A stretch of 64,000 nucleotides of DNA, from positions 1,355,935-1,419,934 of the forward strand of contig CM082588.2 of the NCBI GenBank assembly GCA_040954595.2. Direction: 5' to 3'. This DNA comes from Balanoglossus misakiensis (Eukaryota > Animalia > Hemichordata). The position numbers and the translations under genes are program-made. The notes below the pieces were generated by a model. The model saw only the letters and a list, made by a program, of their open reading frames with translations. It searched no databases and had not been told where the DNA came from. This document shows positions 12,583 to 27,014 of this stretch, piece after piece. Position 1 is the first letter of the stretch. Each line of letters begins with the position of its first letter.

Positions 12583-14781
12583 CTAATTCTTCAGTCGTTT
12601 TGCATTTAGATAAAGTTTATCCAGAATTGTTCTCCGCGATGACAAGCTATTTGAAATTGGTACCAATTGTTTCTGACAGTAGAAACAAACATTTCGATAA
12701 GGGTATCAATTTCAAGCAATTGTCACACAGGTGGCAGAAAATGCCGGCCAAAAATGTGTACACACAAACAGTGGAAGGAAAGCGATAACTTTCTAGGTTA
12801 GTGTAACAATTGCAGAGACGTCTTAGACAAACAAATCACGTCTCTACTCCTCCAAGCACAATTCAGCGCACCGACCCGGAATGTGTCGCTGTTTAGAAAG
12901 AAAACATGCCACAAACTCTGTCAAGATTCCACAAAGTCAAACTGGCCGCAGTGGACAGGCTTTTTTTTTTCTCTGTCCGCGACGCCAATTCGTGGAATTT
13001 CCCCTCTTGTGTCGGGCTTCTGTTCGATCCGTGCGTAACATGTCTGAACATATTCCATGCTGGCGTATTAGAGCCAATAATTGGAATTCTCAGCCCATCG
13101 CCACAGTGTTGAATTTCAAGAACAAATAAATTGATAATGGATGTAACCACAGTCTACAAATTCGAAGTAAACTTCGTCGGTGAAAATACCATGTCACCAT
13201 CATCGTCAAGGATTGACATACACATACAAGCACAAGTCAACTTTACTATGCAGAGTATATTGACAGGGAAATATGACCAATAGTCACATTTCGATGTCAA
13301 TATTTTCGCTGATAATTTTGTTTTCGCTGCCTCATTTGCAATAATTACAGAAAATATAACTTTAATTTTAATTCACCAAGTTGTCAGTACAATTATCCAA
13401 AGGGCATTGCGATATTGGCCAGGCCAATTTCTATGTCCCTGGTGGCAGTATATGGCACCCCGTCGGTAACACGGAATGATATCGTGTGTGTTGTTACATA
13501 TTATTTACCTGTACGCTCTTGAAGTGTGAAAAGAAAACATCCTGACATGTATAGTACATGAAAGCCAGATCGGAAATATGCTTATAACGGAGCTTACAAT
13601 ACTCAAGGTTAAACAGTAGTTGTACAATGGTATCCAATGGTGGTTTCACTCTGCGCCAAATTCCTTGTGAGAGAGCGATTTCATGTCGGACAGTCACGCC
13701 ATTCAGGAGCCCGTCATGCGACGAATCGTTCAGCTAATTACTCAGTCAAAACCCGACGAAGAAATTAAAAACAGCTTTTACCCAGCAATGGATTTCAAAG
13801 AGCAAGCCACCCCCGTCCTTCGCCAGACTGATCGCATTTAGGGTCGTTTTTAAATTGTAAGTTATTCCAAATATGTGGCCTCTTTGCGTCCTGTGCGCTC
13901 GACCTGACATCAAAATGGGTCTAATTTGTTGTAATCGCTTCCCCCTTAGGCTCCCAAAGCTGTTTTATGGCATAATATGGAATGAAAAATACGTGTGTTC
14001 TCCGCTCTCCCTCTACGACTAGTTGATACACACGTCAGTGCGGAAGGTGGATCTTCATCAATGATGATGCGCAGATCTCTGACCACTGACAATTTGTCTG
14101 TGCTCTGACTTTAAGATCTGAAGACGCTCACTTCTCTGCTATGCTGCAGCTGTCCGATCGTTGAGCGTTTTAATGTCAGGATTGAAAATTGTTAAAATCG
14201 CTCGATGTCAGGAACATGTTGAAATGGTTTGGTGTCTCCATTTGAACTGAAGTCTGTGCACACTCAGAAGCTTGGAAATAATTACTGTAAAAATATCGTT
14301 ATTTACGACATTCCACAATCAAGTAGAAACACAGGAACAATTTGTGGATCTCTGTTGCGTCTCGCTGTTGTCATGGAACACTGACTCAAGTTCCTATAAT
14401 TCCTGCAAGACTTTGACTGTACCATGAAACATAACAAGGTCATCGTGATATTCTGGTCCTGATTTTCGGAGACCCAGCCGTACTCTCTGACCTTGGGGTT
14501 TGTTAATGTGGGGTCACATACGAATGCGTCCAGTAGGGAACCGAAACCACGATTAAAACCGGGTGGAAATTGTTCCATGTTGAAATCTTGTTTTTGCAGC
14601 CAAAATATTAAAAACAGCTGTCTCTGAACTGTCTGTCAGCACGTTGGATATGTTTAAAATAAGTTGTAAAAACCGTTAACTCTCTTGACTTGAGGCTTCT
14701 GTTACCCTGTTGATTGGGATCCCAGACAGTTTTAGATTTTTGGTTATTTTGCTTGAGGATATGTCAATAATGCGAGGTGGA

Positions 14782-14901
<120 letters not shown>

Positions 14902-17900
14902 AATCATCTTGGTTTGAACAACATAACAAGATTGTTGCAGTGCCATCTATGGGAAAAGATGTCAAAGAAATATGCATACATGTTTTATGCTGAATTGATG
15001 ACGAGTTCACGCAGCGGGTTGCAATTCTAGTCAGGGTTGCTTGGATAGCGACGAACCTGGACCCGCTTAGATCAGCAAACTGGAGAAAAACTGAATGATA
15101 CTAGCCATGGGTAACACCTGGCTTTTTATTTGGTATTTTCGGGTGAAGAACTTTCCTCAGTGGGCGTGGCATCTTGCTATATGCAATTTGTGTTACCAAG
15201 GACCAGGGGTGAGAGTTGCTTACCGCGAGGTCCTTGCACACCCAGTGGTAACTCGACTGTGACAAACCCTGGTAGCGGGCGTATTTTTACGAGCTCAACA
15301 CGCGCCGTAGGAAGCCCTGGTATGCCAGTCTGTCACATAATCCCCACCTCGGGAGCCCCCGAACAGACAGTGATTATTCAACCCATTTTTTATCCGAGGC
15401 AATAATGTAAAACAACAGGGTTTCGGGGTTACGATACACAAGTTACTATCCTCTGTATTAACTAAACGTCGCAGCAACGTTGATGAACATATACGAGGAG
15501 TTTGGGTATACGTCATTACCGTCCATCAACCTTTCATTTTATTACACGTATGTTATATCATAAAATGACTATTTAATAATCCCAACCTGTGTAATAAAAT
15601 ATTGAGTAGAAGATGACGAAACTTCGACGTTTCCACATCTGACAGGTCGCCTTACAACGTTCTTTCCGGACACCAGTAACCGATGTAGCTAAAAACTGAG
15701 TAAAATGGTGTCCAAGTGAAATGAAAGGATTTTTTCTGCGACTGAACAGTTGAACTAACTGATCACCATCCCTCCCATCATCACAGTTGCAGGGTTCAAC
15801 AAGTCGAGTGTCACCATAAATTGTTCGACAAATTCTCTGGTTTGGTGTGAGGGCGTCTGTTTCCGCTATTTGAATGAATAATACAGGTTAAATAGAAGCT
15901 ATTGGGAGGTCACATAACTACCGTGATGAGAATTACTAAAACCTTAATTGTCCAACTGTTCGGCAGCATACCGGCGATCAGGCCGACTTCACGATCTACC
16001 AGAGGTCTCGCAAGAAAACGGCGATAAAAATAGCCATCGCCTCGCGGATAATGTAGCTCTGAATGACACACAATATGGCAGGGAAATATTTCCACCCATC
16101 ATGAAGCGTCGCTTCATATTTTCAGAAAACGCATCGTCATTTACTGGTTGAAAGACAATCGCAGATTTAAGCGATTGTAACTTTAAAAGGCGTTGCATTT
16201 TTTCGCGGTGTTGTGTGGTATGATGAAATGCATGTGTACAATTTTCTTGAATGTTTCGCGTCCTGTTTTCAAGGTTGCATACTATGCCCATACTTTGGCA
16301 AGATTTCATATTTTGCATTATGTTACCAATTCTCCCGCCGTCCTTTCCGGCTGACTGACCACAATATGCCTCGCATCGCTGTCATCCGAAGTATCTTGAT
16401 CACGCTGTCAATCGTCATTCTTGACTTTACAAGATCAACGTCTTAAAGTTATTTAGATTCTGTTTTTGTCAATAAAGAATCTCGTCATGTGCGTTGTGTT
16501 TTCATGAAGAACCATGTCAGACCACTTTGGTCCACTTTTCTCTCGGCAACTTCACTGGCAAATTTCAAATTGGCTTTTGGCGCCAATACAGAAGCCGAAG
16601 AGAAATGATCTGCTGATGGAAAGAACACTTTCTAGTTGCAGTTGGTCTTTGCAAGGATCCCCCCTCTCTCAATTCCCCCCTCCTTCCCTCTCCTGTCTCT
16701 CACGACTTCAATGTTTTTTTACCAAAAATAAACATATTTGGGGGAATGGCCAACATTCAACTGCCGTGTTCAGTTTCCGAAGACATTTCGCTTTTTTATT
16801 CGGCCTCATCTTCACCCAGTCACCAATTCACAAGTCTGTTAAGACAACCATAATATCCGATTCAACGGCGGCAGTTGCCAGTAACAGTCATCATAAAGTG
16901 TCGACGAAGACCCCGGTGTGAAAGGAGCGGCCATTAATCATGGTTCCCCTACAACTGCGCCATGACACCCAAGTCTCGACGGTGCAACATGCGAGACCAT
17001 TTGTCAGCCGAGGTAATGCCAAAAGCAGCGGGCCGCTAACCTTACGACAGGCTGTACAGACACGGGGCACGAATACTTGCCATTTTATTTCCCCGTGCTG
17101 GCATGACTGCTATGTGACCGAGCCAAGTAGCCTGTGCCTCGGAGGTGAAAAAAACAAGGTCATCGCCTCACGACGTGGAAGGGAGAAAAAAGAGCAAACT
17201 CAAGAAGCCAAGTAATTGCCAAGGCAACGGTACCATACTGGTGACCTTGATGGGTAGCTTGCGGATCTTTTCAGAGAAGTCCTACGTGTAGGGTGATGAT
17301 GACTGTGCCTGAACGTGATTTTGGCTCTATTGAGGAATCTGTTTGAAAAATCGAATATGTCGATTGGTAATACTGAAATGATGTAAGGTACAACATGCAT
17401 CATATCCCGCTATTTCTGGACGCTGAATTCCAAGTGCATGTTTAAGGTATAATTCCCGTCCACCAAATTATGAGTTATATAGACACGTAGACAAAATCAT
17501 CTCCATGCAGTGTTTGAACACGGGAGCTGTATGAAGGCCGACGCATCATCAGAGCACAGAGAAGAACAACAATTTTTCTTTGTCGGTGATATAGTATTTC
17601 CAGATTGGATCATCACCAACGCCAAGACTGCAAGGTTGTCCAATTGCTGTGGCGAGGACTCGTCTGTTTTGAGTCGTAATCCATCCGCTCAACAGGTGAC
17701 AAAATAATCATGTAATCCCATAGAATGGCGGTGAATGGTTTAGTAAGAGTGGATGAGAGAGTGAAACCGCAAAGTCGAATAGCACGTATTCTGCGGGTTG
17801 GTGGAGAGAGGTGTCGAGAGATACACGACGATAAATCAGTTTATCAGTAATTTATCAGTAATATTGGAAATGAATTCACTGGTATTGTTGCTATCCTTTT

Positions 17901-20046
17901 TTCAGTGAAATGAAGGTTCAGAACGTGATTAGTTGACGTGGCTGATCTGCTTCACCCCATTAAAAAGATCAAAGACAGGAAATTGATTGATTTAGGGTTT
18001 ACGAGTCGTTGCATTTGTTCTATGTCCGTGGAAATACGCCGTGAATGTGTGTAGGAGATAAGACGAGGCTTGCCGCTTGTCTCGTCATGTGATTAATGGC
18101 GTGTTAGGGTTTTACTGGCCAGGCTTGTCCGTCAGCCGATCGCGTCTTCGGCGAGACAAGACAAAGTGCGGCAGAATCACCTGTTGCCAGTGTCAAAGTT
18201 AGAACGGATTTAGATCTTCTGCCATGACCACATGTTCGGGTGATTGCGACAGGTCGACGAGGTGTGATTTCTCAAAGACCGTCATGTCGAGTGGACAGCA
18301 TCTGATAAATGGGATGAGAAAGCGCGATTTAGAGAGAAACATGCATCCTCCTCAAATGAGAATTCAATGTAATGACAATTCCCTCGGATACTTGTAGAGT
18401 CATGTCGCTATTCAGATTATCACATTCGTAGTCGTTGACCGATTAAAAGCAGCTCGAGGACTAGAATATTTCTCTCAGGTAGAATGTTCCTACGATACAT
18501 CTCCGCATATACGGCGGGAGAGGCACAACAATGAAGGCACGCACCAAGAATGTCTCAGCAATTTTTTGCGAGCTTGGTTTCGGTATACAGGATAGTCTAT
18601 GCCCCTTTTTGTCGCCGATATATATGATATAACACAAACGTCGGCAGCTACTTGACTGGTTCTGAAAACAATGATACCTAATCGTTGTCCAACATTCAAT
18701 TACTGCCGAAGTTTACCAATCAACAAAGATACTAAACATGTTCTTTTCTTTACAAATTTTCTTTATCCCGTCCCCAACTTTCAATACAGGTTGGCACGGT
18801 TCATTTGCAGCGCCGAACGGCAAAATATTTGGCATATTTCCTGAGCGTAAGATGTTTATATTCCCGTTTTCATTTCACACTTCTCGCGGTTTATATAGCC
18901 CTTCGTTTCGCTCCATTTCAGTGTTTCAACACCTGGGGAATTCTCCAAGTATTCGCCAAACCTTCAGATTTGCCCCGCTCCTGATTCCGATCAAAATAAT
19001 CCGCCGTGTTTCTGCTCTGCTCGATTTACACTTGTCAACGAGCAAATATTTCCGATTGTTAAAAGTAGACATTGGCGTATATATTTCAAAGCCCTCCCAA
19101 CGCTTGCCGCGAGTGGACAATTTCTGTTTTGAAATTTCTCCAAGTGTGTTCTTGTTGCCATGTTCATACATTCCACTAATGACTTCTCAACAGTTCCACG
19201 TCATTCTTTACGTTTAACCCTTCCATTCGCCGGTGAATTTTCCAAATTCCCCGATGAATCGCCCGGCAGTGTCCTCTTTGAATTCCACGTGTTGAAGCAT
19301 TGCTTGTAGATGTCCTCGATAACAGTAGTTGGCAGAAACATTACAGTTTCAGGTTAGTTCGTGACACATTCCAAAAGAACAATCCCCTTTTCCCTTAATA
19401 TATTCCGCCGAGTAGTACAGCGCAACTCAACTGTGAAACCAAGAATTAAAGGGGGAAATACTAGTCCAGTAGATCATTTCGCTCATTGCAGGATCTCGCG
19501 TGGCTTGGCTGATTACCGTAACAACGACTTGAGTTACGGGTGTCATAAAAAAGCCAAAATATATCCGCAGCACTACAACCGACTTCGACGTGGCTGAACT
19601 TAGGATTGTCAACACAGCTATCCGTTTCATAGCTTGTTTTCATTGCATGCAAGACGAGGGCTCAGAGTTGAGTGAAATTAAACAAACCCACCGGTGATAT
19701 AATGAAAGTGTTCGTTTCTGTTTGTGTTTGTTTCACTCCTGGTCCAAGCTCTCCCCTTTTGGCGTCATTTACCGTTGAAATTTCACGGCTTTGATAACAC
19801 GGGAGTAAATATTTAGATGTTCGCTTAGGACGCCTTAGTTGCGGTTCAGGTTACCTTGGAAATACACATATACTCATGAGAGAATTGGTCTTTTTCGGAT
19901 TTCTTTTTGTAGTTAATGTTTATTTCATCGTATATAAGCTATCACTTTTCAACTGGAGAGCGGCGTTGAAAGCCATGTAATAACATTTGGCGTGGTCTTG
20001 CCGATGGACGCACTGTTTACACAACGGGGACAGGAGTACAATATCG

Positions 20047-20092
20047 CTCTGTCTGTCCCTCTGTCTGTCTGTCTGTATGTCTGTCTGTCTCT
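20047..20092. repeat. short (CTGT)n microsatellite
   Basis: directly visible. Confidence 0.7.
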
Positions 20093-23000
20093 CATTTATA
20101 CAGCTGTCGGTCGGTGATCGCAACAAGATCTCTTTGACACAGAATAAACAAAATAATAAAAAATGATAGTGATCGTCATTCAGCAAGACGACATAACGAA
20201 CCCATCTGGTAACGATTGAGAAGTTTTTAAAATGCCGATTTTACTTCGGAGATATTGAATTGACAGAGAACTGATTGGCCGGAGCGAGGGTCTTAATTTG
20301 ACGGAGCGTGTGATTGGAGTGGAATCTGCTGCCGAATAACAAGATGAACACCGTATTTTGGACTGTGACGTGGGAGGTTTGATCATCAACGCACCTGCAG
20401 GGCTTTGTCTTCATGGTCTTGACGTCAGACAGTGCCGGATTTTGTCCAGGAATCAAAAAGGACAAACAGTGCTGCCACCGGTGGAGAAACCCTCTCGAAG
20501 AACGCCAATGTCAGTCATTACTACGGATTGACTGACTGCATGTGCATGCAACCATTAGAGCGGTGATCTGCGAGAGATTTTACAGGAAATTATAATTGTT
20601 TTGCTATCTGCCGTGCTTTGATTGGCCTGAGTAGCGGGCGGGACAGTACATTTTAATCGGCTGATGTCTACATTTGTTTCTGATCCGAACACGAAGCGTT
20701 TGCCTTCCAGGTGTTTGTGCCGAGTGAAGTGGTTGCGAGCAAATTGCATTTCCTTCGCTTTCCTGCGCAGACAGTAATTAATTCACAATGACTTTGGTCT
20801 CTTCGTCGCTCTCCGTGGCAGCTCATTGAAGACTTGGTTTAGTCTGAAGATATTCCACCACTTCATTCGCTCCTAATAGCCCGTCCATTACAGACCTGTT
20901 ACATACACAAATACTCCTCAAGTGGTGATATGTCTGTTTGTGCTAGATCTAATTGAGATAACCCTGTGACCTTAAACCTGAGAAATCATCACCATGTATG
21001 TGTCGAGCTCGATCGCCGAGTAGTGCTTAGTTTTTCCCCGAGTAGTAGTTTCATAACATAAGCTTATCAACAGACCGTGGCCATTTTTCATAACATCCTT
21101 ACCATTCCGTACTGTGTACTCAAAGGAATGGTGAGAGGAGAGAGCGCGCTAGAAGGGGAGAGATATCAATATGATTTAGCATCAAGCGTTATGAAAAAAA
21201 TCTGAATTACTTTAAATGTAAGTTGTTAATCCTTTAAGTCAAGAATGATGATTGTCAGCGCGTGGTAAAGATACTTCGGATGACAGCGATGTGAGAAATA
21301 CGGGAGAGCGTTTTAAGAATAGTTTGACGCTTTTAATGTCTCGTAGATATCTCCTATCGGCGTTCGTCGAACATCATGATCAAGTCGTGGAAAAATCGCA
21401 CGCATCCTACTATTATAATATTCCCTGCCGGCGAAAAGTGAACAGCTAAAAGAAAAATGAAAAATAGGGTATTCGGAGCGACTTTCCTTTGCCATAACTG
21501 GCTTCTGATGCAAATTGCATTGCAAAAGATGAAAGTAATCGTCCAGCGCCTGGAATTTCAATAAGTTTCGGCTAGTATTGTTCTCTTTTTAAACGCCGAT
21601 ATCATCTCGAATCCCTTTTAATCGGTCTGAATTCGACTTCAGAAATAAAAAAGGGCCTAATGAAACTCACTGATTGATTTTCATTAAATTTGACCGTTTT
21701 GTCATCAAAATACCACTTCATGCATATTACCCTCGCGTCCAATCAATTGTCGCAAAACCTCATAGAAGCCCGGGGTTGTATACGCCTGTAGGCCGACGTT
21801 TTCATCACAGTCTGAATGAGCCAGTCGACCCCGACACTCGATAATAATTACTCATTATTTTGCACTAACTACCGTTCAACGATATCGACAAAGGCCCCGT
21901 TAGTAGCTACCACGACCCGTCTTTGTTGCACGATCTGTCTAATCTGTCTTCAATTTCGTCGCCTCAAATTGATTTTGCTTAACACGACCTTTGATTCTTG
22001 ACTGCTGGATTGGAACGACGAGATAAAATTTCCGTTTCGCGGCGCCAACGGCCGCACGTATTAATTGTGCGACGAAAATCGAATCGAAATTCTCTACCAA
22101 GGCGATGACGTCACACGGCGAAAAAGTCGTCCTCCAGCGTTCAAAAGAGAAGGCTAAATCAAAATATTAATCAGCCTTTCTGCAACTCAAACATCGATTT
22201 AGTTTTCGCTTGAGTAAAAAAATGACGGACGTGACTGGTGTTCACAGCTTGATCCAGTGTTAATAATACAGAAATTAAATTGCAATAAAAGTGAAATAAA
22301 ATATGGATGTATTACTTACTATCATATATTTATCACATGTAACGACTGCCGGCGGACGTTTGTGTCCTGCACGGATTGTAGCGCTGTTTCATTTTGAGTT
22401 TGTATATAGTCATCATGTTCAGCGGCGGTGTGACACGTGTCTCACCAACTTGGTAGCCGCTAGCCGTACTATCATTTGACCAAATCAACCATTGTCTGTT
22501 GCCTGGTTTTTCTGAGACTTAAAATAACGAAATATGATCTGTCGTCAGTGCAATTTTACAAAATTCGAACAAATCTGGTCTTTAAGATGCATGTGCAAAG
22601 TAGTCGACAGAACAAATGAGTTTGGTGGCCATTTCGAATCCAAATATGACGAAATGTGACTCAATTCGATTCTCAAATCAAATCGATGATCATGTTGGTT
22701 ATGTTCACTTGTGTTGTAGAGATTTGTGTACTACCAGAAGTTGGCTTCTCCACTACTACATGTAGTTAGACTTCTCTTAGTCTGGGGATGGGTGCCTGAG
22801 GTAAACATCTCTTGTGACCATAGCAACGGCTGTGTTTGTAATGACGTCAGAGATCATGGGGAAGAAAGACCGATTTTGTCGATAATTTAAATACTCAGTA
22901 ATATGCAAGCGACGCGAGCTACATATGAATTGGGCGGGGCACTTTTTAAGAATATCGATGATCTCGAAATCCGTTTGAAATATGATTTGCTTTTTCAAAT

Positions 23001-26000
23001 GGTCAATTCATCTATACAAGCATAATTAATTTCTAATGATGCGGCGAAACCTCAAACTGTACACGGGCGAAGACCGCCAAGTTACTATACGCCTTCCGAT
23101 TGTGATGCACGCGCGGCTGATTACGCACTTTCAAACGATAAAAAGTGGGTCGTTATGCGCAACTTATGAAGGGGGATCTAAACAGGAAAAAGGTCAGTTC
23201 GAGAATTGAAAATGCTTCACTTGTCGGTGATGCTATAGTGATTTGTTGCCTGGGGGTTTACCTATAAATCGGCAAGTCGAGAGAGTTGTGGGGAGACGGG
23301 ACGGGACGAGAAGTCAGACGCTACGTAAGAAAGAGCCCTCCTCACACGTCGTCGGGATTATGAATTTTTTTCAGTCGACAGCTAGCTCAGACGAATTGGC
23401 GGTAAGAATTATAATTCAACATTTAGATTTACTTTATTGCTCTTGTCTGAATTTCTTCCCAGGAGATCTTCTTTCACAAGGGTAAGCGCATCACTTTGAA
23501 GTTGAACGAAACATCAATATTAACTGGATTGCCAATAATTTCACTTTGAAAACTATGCTCACTTATTTTGGATTTTGTCCATTCAAATGTGTAAAGTGAA
23601 TTGCACACACGAAAAACAACTGAAATTAACTTTTCTAGCAACACACTTCAAAAGCAGATAGGCTGTAGATGATGCTATACTTTCTGTAACTGAGGTATTG
23701 TTGATTTTGTCAAAACGGAAATACATGTACTTTTATCTCACAGGTCCGTATTACTCTGAATCGGTATTGAGGTTGCTAATGGCGTCTGTTGCCTTGGTGA
23801 ACTCGAGTTAAAAAGGTGCCCCTTTCACATCTTCTCTTTGCCGCAGAGGTGACTATTACCCCCGCCCCATCCTCAAGGCTGAGGTCGAGGTGACAAACTA
23901 AATTTCCTTGGGGATTAATCAGTTTTCAATTAACCCGTCAGATGTAACACAAAACATCAAAAAATTAAAATTCGGTGGGATTTCTGGCTCAGGTAGTAAA
24001 ACGAAATACGAATGCGTTAGCTATTGTCTGCTACCGTGGCGCAACAATGCAATATTGCCTCTTTCTAATTAGTGACGCGTCACTGCGCCATCCGCGCTAA
24101 CGCTCTCGGAATAGTCATAGGTGTGCGAAAACTCCAATTAAACTGCATGGATGTTTGATAACAAAGGAAAACAAATTTGTGAGCATCAGTGCGAAGTATC
24201 GACGGACCGAGCAATTGTCTTCGGCTGTATGGGAACGTCCATGTCGATGATTCACCGGGCAAGCAGTTCCACTGCCGGCGTAGGATTACCGGAGCACCTC
24301 CCCACGGCATGGTGTAATAGAACCGGGGCCTTTAGGTGTAGTAGGCGTAAGTCAGGCAATTAAAAGTTCAAACAGGCCTTTTCTTCCGACGCCATTGTCC
24401 GAATTGACGCCTACATTTCCTTTCTCAAGTCAAGCGATCGTTTTAAGAAACGAACAAAACAGAATAGCCCTTGGTCATTTGAATTAGTGACCGCAACAAA
24501 AACGACTGGGATTGTAAATAAGCGGGAAGACATCGAAACAGAATCACTTACAGCGCGGTAACCGTTGCAATTTTAAGGAAAGGCGGAGAAACTATCGATG
24601 CGTCGTCCGTCAACTTCTGCCGCCGTTAGTGCAAATTTTAACCTGCAATCTAGTACCGGAGATCTCCGACCGCGTTCGCTGCACGGCCAGTGGCTATGAT
24701 GGTGGAAAGTATAAACAACCACTACATCAGTTGCGAGGTACGTTTAGGTTCCATTAGCACGATTGATCGATCGGGTACCCCCTCACGGGACCGCGGTGGT
24801 TTCATAAAATCGACGTGACCATGATCATCCCCGCGGTTCTCGAAGCAAAGGATTGTTCTGTGAAATCTCGCGAATGCAAATCTCTGCTCGTGGTTCTGAA
24901 ACGTTTGCGCCACTTTAATTTTTGCCTCAGCGATTTCGTCATTAGTTTCGCGTGCTTGCGTTGCCAAACTCGCCGTAACGTAATAACAATCACCGGTATA
25001 TTTTTTCGGTGCGTTTGCTCGTGAGAAAAAAGGCTAAATCGCTGTGTACAAGTCGGCTGTTGAGAAAACGCATTAAAAACCGGTGACCCGGTCATAATAC
25101 GTGTATTTTCCCCGCCTTGACTTAGTCTGGGGCAGACAATTGATTCTTCATTGTTTCTGAGATTTTACCGTCATAATAACTTGCATTTCCTGATTTCTTT
25201 GATGGATAGATTGTATGTATGTATGTCGAGTTTGATTTGATTTACGCGATAATAACATATTAGCATATAGTTCCACAAGTTACACCGTCAAAATACCAAT
25301 AATTAATATATTTCGCACAAAACCTCGTTTAATTTTTGTGCCTTCCTCCTCTCGTTTATAATTTTTTGTCTCGGATTCATCATTGTGGAAGACATTACAT
25401 CCCACATACAAAATCCCAACCAAGCATGACGTCACGGCGTCGACGCTGTCTAAGGGTCATGGGTCACTGTCTTGGCATTTCAGGTTATCATGTGTACTTT
25501 TCACCGGAGGAGTTGGACTACTTTGTAACTTGTCCAGCAAAGTTGCTTTTGGAAATAAACAAAATATTTCTCTGTGTTTGCTGTCGGCCAATTCGGAAAA
25601 TGGACACATTCTTTCAGTTGCGTCGGTCGTCGGTCTCATTTGCGGATGAAATAAAGTAGGTTCACTGAGGCGCGGTTTCCAATTCAGAACCAATGAATCT
25701 TTTGAATAAAATCCGTTGGTCCAACATTAGAACATGTAAACTACTCTTCTATGAGCGGCAAGCGAACCGTCCTCGACACAGGTACGACGTCAAAATGAAC
25801 TTGGGCGCAGTAAGGGTCGTTTTAGCTCAACAAGAGATCTCAAATACTAGTATATAACATTGTGATTCTTTCGGATGGAAAAGTCGAAACATTTCCCCGG
25901 ATCAGATCATCTTTCATTAAAATGTAAACCATGTTCCATTGCGTTGGGAATTCAACATTGTTTAAGTTATAAAAGAACTTCACATTTTCCAAAATTTTGA

Positions 26001-26659
26001 TTTCTATGGTAACGAATATTTTTTTCTGTAAAGTTAACCAGCAGGGCACGAAACGAGAAGATCTTCACGAACAGTCAATTTTTGGCTTGCTTGTTTGCAT
26101 AAATTTGTTTTGTTTGGGGGAAGGGGGTATCGTCCATATAGTTCATCAGTGCGCGTACACATCAAGTGATACACACAGGTGTTTCTTCCAAGAGTATCGG
26201 TTCATCCCCGGAGCAAATTGCAGCCTCACTCCATCGGCTTGGACACGGGTCAGATTGAAACAGGCATTCGTGTCTTTGTCTCGCTCCTTACGAAAGGTCG
26301 GTTAGGTGTTTACCGTCCCGGAAGAAAGGCACGAGCATAAATAAAAAAAGAAAACCAACAATACAGAGAGAGATTCAAAGAGAAAACAACAGCGCGCAAA
26401 AGTAAATTATCGAGTCTCGGTACCCCCAGGGCAAGACCAGAGCCAAACCGCGGTGTTGGGTAGATAAAGACGGGAGTAGTTGAAATGAGTGTCCCGGAAC
26501 GGAATGGCGAAATGTAAACACTGGCTCGGAGACAAGCTTCGGAACTTCACTTCTGTGTGGACGAAAACAAGCCAATACGATGGTGGCGCGCGTTTGTTCT
26601 TTTTTTTTCTCTGGACCTGTGGCTATCAAGTCTGACGGGACACTTTCTGTGACTGAAGC

Positions 26660-26712
26660 GCGCTGATTGGTCACCACGCCTGCTGTCGGTCTCTTGATGG
26701 TGGGCGTGGCTC
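26660..26712 (+). promoter_or_regulatory. candidate proximal promoter of VGLL (inverted CCAAT box and GC box)
   Basis: CTGATTGGTC (ATTGG 26666-26670) and TGGGCGTGGC (26701-26710), about 230-270 bp upstream of the ATG in CpG-rich sequence. Confidence 0.45.
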
Positions 26713-26933
26713 TCCCTCTCTCTCCGCTTCGCCTGTCAATAATTTATTTAGAGAGGCTACCTTCAGGGGGTCCAATAACCCCGAGAGCCGTCCCACGCAT
26801 ATATTTCCGATTTACCCTTACACCGGGGAAGGACCCTCTCTGACCATTCTACCAATGTCTTCTATGTTGTGAGCTGTGATCACCAAGCATTTTTTACCGT
26901 GAACTCCGGCACGCACTGAGCGTCGGAATAACC

Positions 26934-27014
26934 ATGAGTCTGGACGTCATGTACCAGTCGGCTTATCAACCGTACCAACCGTATCCCTTCTACCAGCATC
27001 ATCTACCAACTCAG
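26934..27014 (+). CDS. VGLL2: VGLL exon 1 (coding part, 81 nt)
   Basis: accATGAGT start context; MSLDVMYQSAYQPYQPYPFYQHHLPTQ; weak donor CAG|gttgaa. Confidence 0.85.
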
